A stretch of DNA of 64,000 bases. Origin: Owenia fusiformis (taxonomy: Eukaryota). The notes beneath the pieces are model-generated. The model was given only the letters and a program-made list of their open reading frames with translations, did no database searches and was not told the DNA's origin. Both the position numbers and the translations under genes were made by a program. Within the stretch, counting starts at the first letter, position 1. Each line of letters starts with the position of its first letter. Positions 41,827-55,374 of the stretch are shown here, in pieces. The DNA lies in NCBI GenBank assembly GCA_903813345.2, contig CAIIXF020000001.1, positions 26,350,001 through 26,414,000 of the forward strand, written 5' to 3'.

Positions 41827-43841
41827 TAACTGGCCAATTTTATGACATAATCAGACTCATTTTTTGTTTATTGTTCAGAATTAGTTGGGGAAATACAAAA
41901 TAGTATGAAATTAGCTGATAATTATATGAAAGAGAGCCTAGGTTCCTTATATATGAACCAACCATTAGATACAAGGATTAGGATTTTGAAAACTCAGAAG
42001 ATGTATATGCTGCATCAAGTATTTATGACTGGTAAGCTGAATACTTAGCTATGGGTAGCTTAGGAATGTATGGGGATTGATATCCCTTTTACTTATTTAT
42101 TTATCAATTATCATCATTAGTTACATTTACAAAATTATCTTCAATCGCCAAATACATGCATGGCATTATAGAAGACATTGATGCCCTTTTGAATATAATA
42201 TAAGGAGCAATGTTAACAGTAGCTTTGGGGTTGTGGGGGGGGGGTGCTTGGCGTGGGAAACAGTTTATAGAGATAAAACATGTTACAGGAGGGAAAATCC
42301 CTGTACTCAAGATTTTTAAAATATACAGTAAATGATATGAATATGAATAAATTGATCCTTGTCTATGATCCGTTCTCTCTTTTAATACTAGTAAAGCAGT
42401 TAACTTGCCAAAGTGACAATTCACTGTGTTTCCTAAAATTCAAATTGACCCAACCAAATTTTAGCTAAATCATTGAACTAATTTGTCATGAGACAAGAAC
42501 ACTAATCTACTTATTGTACAATACCCAAAGCAAATACCAATATGCCATGTCAACAATCTTCTCTATTTCCAAAAACCAAATCAAAAATGCCATCAATCCT
42601 ATTACATTTCAGCCGATAAATAGGAAAAGTTCTCCAACATCATTTGAAAAATGAAATATAAGTCCAAGACCATTATTGCATCAATCAATAGTCGATACCT
42701 CAATACAACAGTGGCTCAAAATTTCACCAGCAGTCATCAGACTAGCCAAATGCTGCACGTTGATGTTGCATTGTGAGCAAGTTTGAAATTCTTCTTTTTT
42801 AATAGGCAGTGTGTGCCTCACATGCTAACACTATGTGAGGCAGTTCCCCACATTAGAATAGGATTTCAATGGAGAATTTAAATTTGTTACCACTTATAGG
42901 ATTTAAACAGTTATGCATTCTTTAGTTTTAATTGTTTTATTTAATTGCATTAGTACATGTAAACACACTTTACAGTAGATGACTGTCTATAAGCTTGCTT
43001 ACTACAAATATAAAAAATAAATGATAGGAATTTTATTGTTTATCATTAAAATTTATAAATATCATAAATGGTACTAAAAAAGAATTTAGTAAATATGAAA
43101 GAGAAAGAGTTGAAAAGTCAAAGCGAAATTCAAAATGTGGATAATATCAAGGATGTGATCTTGAAAAAAGATCGCCCACGGGTTCGACTTTTGCAATACA
43201 AAGGTTATGTGTATCTATTAAGAAGCAGCGGAAAAGTTACACAGTTGTATAAATACAAGAAAAGGGTATGTACAGGTAATTCAAAATATGCTGAAACTGA
43301 AATCATGAAAGGTAGAGAATTTGAAAAATACTGTCCATAAGGATCATATCAAAAATTCAGTGCTCACAAACACATCTCAAATTTTTCTTGACCCCTTCAA
43401 CTGAAAAAATTTATAATCGCAATTGTTTATGTGTTGATTTATACTATGCATCAATTTACTTATCTTTTCTAAACCTGAATATTAATAAAAAATAATTTGT
43501 CAAAAATATCTCTCAAAGATCTAATGATCTGTCCCCTCTATTGTTTTTTCCTGTTGCAATTCATAGATAGTCTGACAGTATTCAGGCCATTAAAATAGTT
43601 GAAAAGAATCCAGGAAAGAGATGTCTTAATTATATATAAGAGGTGATATATCTATAACTGAACAAGTGTAAAATTGTCATAATTACCTATAATTATATTT
43701 GACAAGTAATTTCAGGTGTCATCTGCATTACAATTTACTACATATTTGTACTTTAAAAGTGAAGTGTGTATTAAATCTTCATGCAGACCTTCAGCACTAT
43801 GTTATTTAGAATGTTGATTTTTGTTCAGGTACAAATGTACA

Positions 43842-44021
43842 TATTGTAAAACCTGTCTTAGTGAACACCTCTCTCTCTCTCTCTCTCTTATGAACAGCTG
43901 TGTTTAGTGAACACCATTTCAAGACACCTTTTACATTTTCTCCTGTATGAAGTAGCTTCTCTGTAGTGAACACCTGCCTACAGTTTTTATGGTTGTTCAC
44001 ATTATACAGGTTTTTACTGTA
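43842..44021. mobile_element. Decayed pogo/Tigger-like MITE
   Basis: gtaaaacctgt ... acaggtttttactgta, with tagtgaacacc repeated three times. Confidence 0.55.
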
Positions 44022-45231
44022 CATGTTAATAACACGCATTGTCCCCACTTGCCAAAAAGGATCAATACAGTTACCATTAATGAATGATTCTCATTTCCAG
44101 CCTTCTTCTTATGACCTTTTCACATTTTGATAAACCTGCAAAATAATGTAGGACTAAATAACTTAAGACCTCTCAGGGTCTCAGGCACTCTCCTTAATTC
44201 AAAACAAGCAGACTTCAGAAAAAGCAATATAATATATATTACTACCAGTAAAAATTCCAGCAAAAATATGGAATTGTGGGTGGTCATTGAGAAGTTAGTT
44301 ACCAGTATAAATAAGTCAGACGGGTGTGCCTTGTTTTAATTGAGTCAAGTAGCTTAGGGTATATATACTATGGACCTAAAGTTAGATACCTGCAAGGCTT
44401 TGATGTTATTAAAGCATCAATCAAATAAATGATTGAGGATTCAGGGACAGACACATGATTGGATTAATCAGTTATGATAGAATCTGTTTCTACAGGTCTC
44501 GTGAAGGTCTTTCAGTGCCTATATTGTTAAAGTATTCATGTTCAATATGCTCGAAATAACTTTTTTCAAAATTTGCTTTTAAATTTGGTCCTAATCAACT
44601 TTCTATCAGCGTGAGGCTTTTCAGACTTCCTGCATATACAAGTGCATTTTATAATGTGCATTGAAGTTTGTGATTAAATAAAATGTTGAGTTAAAATTCC
44701 CCATCACATAGAATGAAATTTTGAAATATTCTTACCCTTGAATTTTTAAAAATCACCATTCTTCACCAATACAATCATCATCCATCCGAGGCCCGTAGCC
44801 AGGATTTGCCAAGGGGGGTTCAGTTTTCAAAAATTTCCAAGGGGTTCACATTTGACGATTTTGGCCCAAATATGGCTAAAATCACTTGAGAAGTGCTCAA
44901 AATGGTGAAAAACTGCATGATTTTGAAAGAAATCAGGGGGGGCCAATATTAGACTCTCATATTAGACTCTCATGTCTACGTAGAAGTTAAACATCCTCAT
45001 TGCACCAAGATAATAACATCTACCTGAAATGTCATAAATAATATATCAGTGTGTTATCTTACTGTGTCGAATCAATGCTCACTTTCTCACTTAGGAGGCA
45101 CCAGCTCTGCACTTTACAATAGGAGCTACCATAATTATCTATTGGTCTTTGAAGCATATGATCTATTGGGTATTCATAAGGGTAGATGTGCTGAGGAATA
45201 ACAAATTAGACTTATGTGAGGAGTTAAAGCT

Positions 45232-45312
45232 ATGTTGGATAAACCTGTAGAGTCTGTAGATAGTAGTATGGAGGAAAGCGTTGAACAAGATAATGTCATT
45301 TTCGATGATATG
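45232..45312 (+). CDS. Candidate alternative first exon for a short isoform (MLDKPVESVDSSMEESVEQDNVIFDDM)
   Basis: gctATG with an upstream in-frame stop, acidic peptide, donor ATG|gtaggt; phase 0 matches 47679. Confidence 0.5.
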
Positions 45313-47678
45313 GTAGGTCAAACATATATAGATATAGTCTGTACTGGATATGTTAAGTGTTTGCTTGGAAGTATAGTACACTGCATGATAAATTACGAGG
45401 AAATTTGTACCACACTTATTCCTTAGTGAAATGGTGCAATAGGAAAATGAAGACTTTCTCTCATTTAACCAAAATGAGGTTTCATACTCTGAAAATCAGG
45501 GCTCTGGACAACAGGAAGAAGGGGAGTCCTTGTTTTGGTAGTCAAAACTAGTGCACCATCTTTGGAAATTTGAAGTGACATTTTGCATGTTAATGCCTTG
45601 TTGTAAATGCAACACATTTTGGAATTGGTCAAAGATAAACATACAGATACTCTTGAGGTAAAATGTTGGACAATTGATACTTTCCAGATCTATAGATCAA
45701 AATCGCTATTTTTAAGTGCTTCTTTTTGATCTTTTAGGATATGAAATTTTCAAACTGGATATTTCTAGAAAAAATTAACCATAAATAAGTTACCTTAGCA
45801 TATCTTATATTTTATAAAGTGGTCAAAGATATGCATGTACATCTAAAATCAAACACATTTAAACTTGTCAAGATAAACATCTCCACATTCATTGGTGTTA
45901 TTAAAATTATTTGAAGTCATGCCCCCAGAGCCCAATATCTTTGATGTACTATAAATTGTCATAAATAGTTATACTCGGACAGTTTGGAATCATCTTTGTA
46001 ATTTCTGAACATGAATATCTGTCATATATTTGATATATCAGCAAATGTCTTTTAAGGTCATGCATTGCGAAAATCTCTTCAGGTCCCTCCTAATATGTTG
46101 CGCTTTAAATGACTGAAATATGAAACATTCAAGAAAAATAAAGTTAGGAAAAATACTATCAATAGTACTTATGCAAGTGCTTATGCAGGTCAAAATGTCA
46201 AAAGGTCAAACCTTGCAAAACCCTTGCAAAAATGTTTCTGGTTTAATTTCAATCTTTTTAGTGATACTGTGCAAAGTCTTTGCAATGCGAAAAGAATTAA
46301 AACAATTAAAGACTCAATGAATTGTACATGCATGATTTAAGACTCTCGTGTCTTGTATACTAGTCTTTGAATTCGGGCTCCCTCCCTCATTCAAAGTCTG
46401 ATACAAGACATCCATGCTTAAAACCATCCATGATTCAATGTATCCTGTAATCCTTTTATCGAATACCCTTTATGCACATCAGCTAGATAACTATACTCTG
46501 ACTGATGATTAAATACTTTGGAATGTGAATAGATCTTCATGATCCCAAATGGATCTTCCATGGCCTTAGATAGAAATTTTAATGTGAAACAATTTGTTAG
46601 ATTGGCCTACTTAATTAAATAGGAGAATGTAATGTTGTGATGTTCTTGCTACAAAGACTGATTGGATCTGAGTTCAAAATCAAAGAATTGTCTCCAATAT
46701 AAAGAGTGCAGAAAAATTCAATATCTCACAAAGAGTAATAATTGAACTATGTTACTCTGTCAATTGAATATCATGCACTTAGTGAAGACTTAAGCATGGA
46801 GGCATTTAAGAAGTTTGTACCTAGAAAGTGCAATACTTTTGTGTACTCTCTTCAAGTTATGTTAGTGATAAGACGTTTATTCAAATAAGCCTTCTAATAA
46901 ACTCTCTCCGGAGGGTTGGTCACTAAAAATTCTAATTTCAAGAAGCGTAGATAGTGAATTGACCTGGTATTTACTAAGTGATAGATATTGTAATCTCAGT
47001 GTGTTCTACATATCCTCTGTATTGAAATATGTGCTTGTTCAAGATATTCTTTATATCCTCTAATTGTAATCTACTGTATGTATGTTAACATTATCCTTCT
47101 CGTGTTATTAATTTATATCAAATATATAAGTACTCTTCAAATAGTATCCCTTTGTAGAAGTATAGAAACACTTAAACCAATGATAATCTAAATTATTTAC
47201 CTTGTCAAAAATAACCGAGACAAGTTTATTGCTTAATAGTAGTTAAATAAAAAACAGGCTTTAATTAATGTATAAAAAGGCAATTTATTAAATTGGGCTA
47301 GTGTGATATAAAATGTAAATGCCAAAAACAGAACTGGGAATTCTAATGGAGCACACTAACTTGCTAGAAGTAAACTATTATCAAAAGGTCTTTTTATCAG
47401 GAAATATTTTTTGAGATCGATAATCAACAATTTATTAGCCTCCTCAGACGTAGAGACCCTAGATATTATGTTTCCTGATATTACAAAGCTTATCAGGATC
47501 AGGGTGACATTATAACAGTTTCATTTTTTGACACATGAAGTAGCATAAATATTGGGGGAATAAAGCGAAAGAATAGCAGGCTATTTCCATGTAAGTAAAA
47601 GATGTGAGTTCAGAGAGGAACTAGGGAAGTTATAAACATGATTTTATTTTAATTGTTGTATTTTGTTGTGTTTTTCAG

Positions 47679-49318
47679 GAGAAGGAACAAAGTGATGCTG
47701 AGGAACAAGAGAAGGCGAAAGAGAAATTAGCGCATGAGTCAATAATTGATATAGAGATTCGCGAGCAGTCACAACGTGAAAGAAATTTGGCAGAAGAACG
47801 AGGCATTAAACCAAGTAGCAAATCTGCCCCTCCACCACTGCCTACAACTACCCCACCTGCTGACCCCCGAGCCCATGTCCCCCAAGTAAAAGAGACAGTT
47901 ACCGTTACCAAGACAACAACTGTGGTTGAGAGTACTCCTTCCACTAAAGCCCCACTTACACGGAAAGCTTCTAACGATTCACTCTTGAGTAATACATCTA
48001 GCATGTCTGGCGGGCCACAGAATCAGAGGGAGTATGATGCTGCAAAACCTATCCTTCAGGGTCTAGTCAATTCTGACCCTTATGTGTACAAGCAGACTGT
48101 CACAAGTGAGGCACCCGCTGGTGAGAGTTATATAGCACGAGAGCTAAGAGAAGCCAAAGAGAGAGAAGAAGAGTTCAAACTGGCTCTGAAGGCAAGAGGT
48201 GTATTGGTCCCTGAAGGAGTAGATGATGGGTCCATTATCTATTCAGACCAAGATGTTAAGCATGTTCAACTAAATATCTCTAACGCACCCCACAGAACAA
48301 GCAGACAGAAATCTGCTGAGCAGTCACCCTCCACCAAGCCTAGATCAGACAGCAGGACAAGTAACCTCTCCTCAGATGGAAGCCAAGGGTCTCAGCTCCA
48401 ACAAGACACATCTCCTGAGGTGGTTGTGACCGAGACAGTCACAATCACAGAGTCAACCCCTGGTAAAGTACAGCCATTAAGTCCATATGAGCAACAAGAA
48501 TACCAATACATTCCACGTAATGAAACCGTCATTGAGCGCGAAATTAGATTAGCCAAACAGAGGGAGAATGCCCACAGAGAAAGCAGAGGCCTTCCAATTA
48601 ATAACCAAGATGAAGAGAAGACTAAGGAGATTATGATAGAGGTACTAAGCCCCACCCCCCAGGCACCAGTCAGGTCGAAGCGGGACAGTGTAGACAACAA
48701 GGCAATAAGACGGTATTCCACCAACCTCCTACAGAAGGAAATAGAGCAGGCGAACAGACGTGAGAAGGATCTACGATCAGGTGGACTTATTCGAACCACA
48801 TCTGAGGAACACATCGGAGAGCCTATGAAATATGTTGAGATACGAGATATTGAGTCACCCACACCTAAACCCAAATCCAATCCTTCTAAATTACCCCCTT
48901 CAATATTTGAAACCCATGAATCAGACTCTGGCATTTCACAGAAAATTATTAGTGGTAAAACCACAAGCCGTCGAACCCCTGAAAAACAGCCATCCATTCA
49001 AAATGGCTACAATGATAAGCCAGCTAGTAAAGTTGAGGTCACGACTGTTAAAGAGACAATTATTGCTGATAAAGCACCAATTACGCAAACAGAGACAGTA
49101 GTTACCACAGAAACAGTTGTGGTTGAGGCAGACAAACCTGTAGTCAATGGCGGTGCTATTGTTGTTACGGAGGTACCTAAGCCTGCACCAGTTGTTAAAC
49201 GCCCTAGTACCAAGACTGAAGGCATGGAGGCAAGGTACCAAGTGCGATCTGCTAATCCTGCTGAGTCTATAATAGAGCAAGAATTACGGGCACAGCGTGA
49301 ACGGGAAGCTGAACTCAG
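47679..49318 (+). CDS. Large coding exon of the MISP/AKAP2-like gene containing five EIR/ELR...ERE repeats
   Basis: Acceptor tgtttttcag| (phase 0), in frame with ORF 47787-49322, donor CTCAG|gtagga (phase 2). Confidence 0.9.
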
Positions 49319-49571
49319 GTAGGAGATTAACATGTAACTTATTAACATGTACCTCAGTCAGATATATACACGTGTTGAAAATTATATTTCACCATGATAA
49401 TGTTAATAGTGCCACAGAAGCTTTTTAAATTTTATTATTGATGGGTGATTTTATTATTGATGGCTGATTTGATAGTACAGTTGAACTCATTTTTATTTTT
49501 CTTTCATAAACTAATCTTACAATGTTGTCTCCCTACTAAATTTCATTGAAGTTTCATGTTTTGATCTTCAG

Positions 49572-49761
49572 AGAGCAGAGAAGAGTGTTGAAAAAAGATG
49601 ATGCACCAAATATAGATGTTGACACTTCATCAATAACAGTCGTCCAAAATGGCACAGATAATACAGAAACAGCACCAGTGCGGCCGGAACGCACAAAAAG
49701 CTCAAAACGTAAAAGTCTCCTTGCAGCCCAGTGGGAAGCCAAGATTCAATCATCAAACTGA
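49572..49761 (+). CDS. Terminal coding exon of the MISP/AKAP2-like gene (...KRKSLLAAQWEAKIQSSN*)
   Basis: Acceptor gatcttcag| is phase 2, matching the previous donor; stop TGA at 49759-49761. The C-terminus resembles the AKAP2 KRKSALALRWEAGI motif (from memory). Confidence 0.88.
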
Positions 49762-50766
49762 GTAGAACGTGTAAATGTGAACTCTAATTTGAGCAAAACT
49801 CTTATGAAATAAGAACATATATTTGTGGATTCATAGTGTTCAGCAAAGACTGGTTTTACTTCAGTAGTGATTTGTTATCTTTGGACTGAGTGAGGGACTG
49901 TGTTCAAAGAGTGATGTTATGCTGTTATGATTTAAGCCATAAATTCTCAATTATTTATTTGATTGATCAACAATTAGTATGTAAAAGATACGAGACAGAT
50001 AGCAATAGATACATGTATTTGTTTCATGATTTTGACAAAAAATCAAAATTTGTACACATCAGATAATCCAATGAAATATGAGTAGACAGAGGCAAACCAA
50101 TCATCGCAAGAATGTTGTTATTTGGGATCTTTATTCCCTTATGCATTTGTGTTATTGTTGTAGGTGACAATTGTATTTGCATGGAATTGCTAAATATAAT
50201 CCCCAATGCTTGGTAAAAGTTGTATATACAGTTCATATACTAGTGTGGTATCTATACCTACACATTGCAATGGATTTTACCATGAAATTCTAATTGAAGT
50301 AAAATTTTGTTTAAGGATGTGAGTTTTTGGAATTGGAATACATCCTAAGGTAAAAAGTAATAAAAGGTGCTTGAAATTTAACATAAACAAATATTTGTGT
50401 TAAGTTTCAATTATTGTAAGTTGTGTACGTACATGTTTTGACATTCCTTGTTTTGAAACTATTTTGGTAATATTTGTAGAAGTACGTTATACATACATGT
50501 TAGTGAATTATTTAAGTAAGGTAGAGGTATTGTTATAAGACTTACCTATATGTATTATTAGATAGATCAAACATTTGAAATAGAAGATGTTTATCATTAA
50601 AAATATTGTATATTTTCTGATTTTTATACATCAATCAATATTCTAACATGAACCACTTTGTCGCAGAGAAAAGAGTATTTACGGGATGTACAACAGCGGC
50701 AATTAAATATAAAGCTATGAGTATAAGATGCAACTACTATTATTATTATTATATGGAGCCCCAAAT

Positions 50767-51173
50767 CACTGTTCCACACACCTGGATGACTCTAACTGCA
50801 GTTAGAATCATTCAAGATGGTGGCAACATTTTTTCGTTTTTGATAAACCAATGATTTCAGCTAAACTAAGTTGAATCTGGATTCCAAATGTTTCGCCATG
50901 CAAACTAATAAAGGTATGATTGTAAACAGTTACAAAAAAAAACGTTCAAACACCAGTGAAAGTGGAGAAATGTAAAGAAAACGGCCTCTAACTGACTGAA
51001 TGACTTTAACTGAACTTGATGATGACGTAGGAAATACACATTTTTCAAAACATTTGGAATCCAGATTCAACTTAGTTAAGCTGAAATTGGAGGTTTACCG
51101 AAAACAAAAGAATTTTGGCCACCATCTTGAATGATACTAACTGCAGTTAGCGTCATGCAGCAGTGGAACAGTG
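50767..51173. mobile_element. CACTG-ended foldback MITE with ~125-bp imperfect arms
   Basis: CACTGTTCCAC ... GTGGAACAGTG termini; inner aactaagttgaatctggattccaaatgttt is perfectly inverted; no clean TSD. Confidence 0.8.
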
Positions 51174-52139
51174 CAAGTACATGTAGAGTTTAACTTGAGC
51201 TTAACCGTATATACTGAAAGCTGTTCATCCATGTATGCTTAAACCATGACATTGTGAGGTTCTTTAGTTTATATATTGGAGAACTTTGAACATTGGCAAT
51301 TAATCAGTAAAGCTACAATTATTTGAAATTCACTAATTGTATGCACCCTATTTAATTTTATCATGGATGCAGCGGATCAGATTGTATTAAGTTTATACCA
51401 GGATGCATTTGAGATGTTAGGATCTTTGAAATTACTACTCAGTTGGGCAGATGAGAGTCCATCCGTCTCATTTAACAAACTTACGTTACATATTATCTAA
51501 TCATAAGATATGGGGTATTTCCGAGTTGACTTTATCCAATAAAATCATGATTTATATCATTTATGATTTTTATTCAATTTTTCGGAATATTATATTAGTT
51601 TTGGGCCTTGACAAGTACAGTAGTTAGAATTTATGCAGCACATGCAATGAAATAATTGTTCAGGAATTTTCCACACCTAAGTGAATGAGACAATTTCTCT
51701 TGGTTTTTCAAAAATTGTAACTTTTTAAAAGATCTATTTTAATTTAATAATCTGATCCTGAATGATTTTTTTAAATTGCTTGGATGCTAAATATTTTATT
51801 TTATTTACTAGAAGATGGCCTGTTTTTTTTTTACTTTTTCCCTTTTGATTGTTCATTTGTAGCAGATATTTATTAGGTTAAATCAGATTAAAATCATGCT
51901 TTTCTCAAAATCCTGTATTATTTATATTATTGGAAAATACATATTGGTTATAAATGACATATGTTTTGTGTTAGATCATGTCAGTTGATTAATGGACAAT
52001 GACAGAATCAGATGATCAATGTTGTGAGCAACATTACAATTATTCGACAAATGTGTATTATACCGTTTGAATATACTATTACAAAAGCCCCATAAAACAC
52101 ATTTCATATTTGATTGATATTTTCCTTGATTCATACTAA

Positions 52140-53492
52140 TTATCCCATCGAACGAAGTTCGGAGGGATATAGGGAACGCCTCCGTCCGTCCGTCCGTCCG
52201 TCCGTCCGTCCGTACGTACGTCCGTCCGTCCGTACGTACGTCCGTCCGTCTGTCCGTCCGTCCGGGCGATAACTCAAATACCGTTGGCCCGATTTTGTTC
52301 ATATTTTGTACACATATACCCTATGGGGGTAGAAGTTCTGCTCGAAAGCCGATTTTCAAAATGGCCGCTCAATTCAAAATGGCGGCCATTTTAGTGCTGA
52401 TTTTACAGTAATTTAGGTGCAATATGTAAAACTGTAATAGCAATATGTTTTAAATGTAAAAAAATTATGAAGGACATTAATAAAGCTATAAATGTAGACA
52501 TTAAAGAAGCACATGGCAGCCATCTTGAAAAATGGCGGCCTTTATTCGTTATTTTATGATTTTTGCTATAACTCGAAAAGTAGTGGAGCGATTTTGTTCA
52601 TATTTGGTATGTGAATACTATAAGCATTGCACACTGCCTAAAGACACTTTTGGTAGAAGGCGGCCATTTTTCAAAATGGCCGCCATTTTAACATATATTA
52701 CTATAACTCGAAAAGTAGTGGAGCGATTTTGTTCATATTTGGTATGTGAATACTATAAGCATGGCACACTGTCCTATGACACTTTTGGTAGAATGCGGCC
52801 ATTTTGAAAAAAAAATTGAAAAATGGCCGCCATTTTAACGTATTTTACTATAACTCGAAAAGTAGTGAAGCGATTTTGTTCATATTTGGTATGTTTCATA
52901 TTTCATATGTGAATACTATAAGCATGGCACACTGTCTAATGACACTTTGGGTAGTAGGTGGCCATTTTGAAAAATGGTCACCATTTTTATGTTTTTTACT
53001 ATAACTTGAAAAGTAGTGAAGTGATTTGGTCATATTTGATATGTGAATACTCATGAGCCTTGCACACTGTCTCATGACACTTCAGATAGTAGGCAGCCAT
53101 TTTATAAAAATGGCTGTCATTTTTACATTTTTTACTATAACTCGAAAAGTAGTGGAGCAATTTTGTTCATATTTGATATGTGAATACTTTAAGCATGGCA
53201 CATTGTCTAATAAAACTTTGGGGAGTAGTCAGTCATTTTGAAAAATGGCCACCATTTTTATGTGTGTTATTTTACAAGTACATGTATGCGATTTTTCAAA
53301 GATTTTATAGGTGGCTACTTAAAAGCATATTATTTCTTCTGATGACAACTTGGCTAGTGAGCAACCATTTTGAAATGGTGGCCTTTCTGGTGTGTTGTTT
53401 TATGATGTTTGCTATATATTTCGTTTATAAAAATGCCAGCCATTTCTGTTCGATGGGATTCGCTACGCTTTGGCGTTGCCGTTGTTCTGGTT
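52140..53492 (+). mobile_element. Non-autonomous Helentron-type element (HINE/DINE-1-like) with ~135-150-bp internal repeats
   Basis: subTIR ATCCCATCGAAC (52142-52153) / GTTCGATGGGAT (53448-53459), (GTCC)n microsatellite at ~52180-52263, five or more tandem units, 3' hairpin followed by a T-rich end. Confidence 0.85.
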
Positions 53493-54020
53493 AGGATCCA
53501 TGACAAAACAAACCTATCATCACATCATGAGGCAGAGGTACTATGCTCCTTTTTATTTTGAATGAACAATTATTGAATTCCCTGGACCAGATATGAACAA
53601 GGCATTTACATGACAAAATGTCACCAATTCAATCTTAAGTCAGATTTGAATTTCTAAGAACTTGTGGATGATTTTGTGAAAAAACATTGGTCAATTTGAA
53701 GCAAGTTGAAAAAAGACCTTTCTAACCTTGATGAGGTCATTGAAGGTCAAATGACATGCCTTTGGTTTATTCAATTTGTGAGGTGTTCCACTGACTAATG
53801 CCTAGGTTACCTTTGTTCCGATTCATCAGCCGGTGCCTGGCGGTTTGAGTAGTTTGTTCAAAACTGAAAACAATTTTGAACCAAATGCTCAATCGGCCGT
53901 GTATTTTTCTGTTTGCAAATCAGAGCGAGATTAACATTGAAAAATAAGGAAAGGGGAACATTTTTAATTGAACGACCTGGTACAAAGAAACAATGAAATA
54001 TAATTCAATATTCTATACAG

Positions 54021-54026
54021 TTTATT
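54021..54026 (-). promoter_or_regulatory. Candidate SMC2 polyadenylation signal AATAAA
   Basis: tttatt on the + strand, about 750 nt past the stop codon. Confidence 0.45.
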
Positions 54027-54776
54027 TACAATTGTAAAATAGCAGTGTATACAAATATATAATCAATATTACAAATACAAGATGTATTCCAATATTATCT
54101 ACATACTGTATTTTGTATGTAAAATAGATAGGTTAACTACGTTACTTATCATAACTTACAAAAGATCAAATCTATCTAATTGATTAAACCATACCCCGAG
54201 GAGCTAAAGCGGCACACTAGGCCATTTTTGTCACCCATGGTCGATCAATGTAGTCACAAATTCAATTATAATTCATTCATCGAAGACTATTTATCAGATT
54301 GAAAATGACCCTTTTCAAAAACCTCATGAGTTGTGCTGTAATAGTTTAACATGTGAGCTAATAAAACCAGACATGGGTGATTATACCATGCATGTTTTTA
54401 ATCCATTAATATGATGCTGATTTGGCATGTATTCCATTATGAATTGTATTAAATTCTCAAACTATATTTAGTCCCAAAATATACTGAACCTACTATAGAT
54501 TGAAAATGTGTATGCATGTATGTATGTGTTAAATTAGCCATTGTACATTTAGATTCACCCATTCATGATTCAACTTTCAACAAAATATAATTCACAAACA
54601 TGCTTTCTTCTGTCCAACTCTGAAAGCATCGCACAGTGCACTAAAACTGATTCAATATGCAAATAATTCATGAATCATATGGAATAATGCTATGCTATTC
54701 CAACACTGTTCGCTATAACAAGTTTACATGAACACATCAGACTATTTAGTGTTTTAAGCACTGTCAATCACAAGTC

Positions 54777-55013
54777 TTACTGTCCTGAGGTACTAGCAAA
54801 TGGGATAGCCTCTAGACGAGACTTTTTCGCCGCGGTACCATTTTTATTTTTATTTTTTCCTTTATTTTCTTTGCTAACTTCACTGGTGGCTGCACCCTTG
54901 CTGGATATGTTCTGTGTGTATCGTGACACTGTAGATACACCATCAACAAACTTTGTCTTGAATAAAACATTTGCATTGTTGAACATACCATCCTTCAGGG
55001 AGACAACGATGAA
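54777..55013 (-). CDS. SMC2: SMC2 terminal exon ([29 protein letters not shown]...*)
   Basis: Acceptor tttccag, characteristic SMC2 C-terminal sequence, stop TAA at 54777-54779. Confidence 0.97.
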   Translation of the reverse strand, partial: FIVVSLKDGMFNNANVLFKTKFVDGVSTVSRYTQNISSKGAATSEVSKENKGKNKNKNGTAAKKSRLEAIPFASTSGQ

Positions 55014-55226
55014 CTGGAAAAGTAGAATAAAATACTTGGGGAAATGAATCTATCTATGAACAAACTACCAGTATGTAATTACATGTTGAGCTTAAATGAG
55101 CAAATTGAAAATATGTACAATGAAGTGAATGGCACTGACTCTCCTTACTGTGGTTTAGGAATATTTAATAAAACTGTTTAAGCATATGTGTGTGTGTAGT
55201 ATCATGTTGCAGATAAAGTATCTCAC

Positions 55227-55374
55227 CTGTGAGTGTTTGAAATGTGTGCGCAACATCTGTCCAATATTTTGTGTGTGGGAGAGATCCAAAGCTGCATCTA
55301 CCTCATCCAGAATGTACAATGGGGCAGGTTTGAACAACAACATAGCAAGGATAAGAGACAGAGCCACTAGTGAC
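55227..55374 (-). CDS. SMC2: SMC2 exon with Walker B/D-loop ([49 protein letters not shown])
   Basis: SMC2-type motif; ag/gt boundaries with consistent phases. Confidence 0.97.

Noticed and set aside
47675-49348. Minus-strand ORFs up to 201 aa
   Set aside because: Antisense shadows of the + strand coding exon.
51976-53494. Repetitive ORFs (RTDG..., TRKVVERFCSYL...)
   Set aside because: Derived from the HINE microsatellite and internal repeats.
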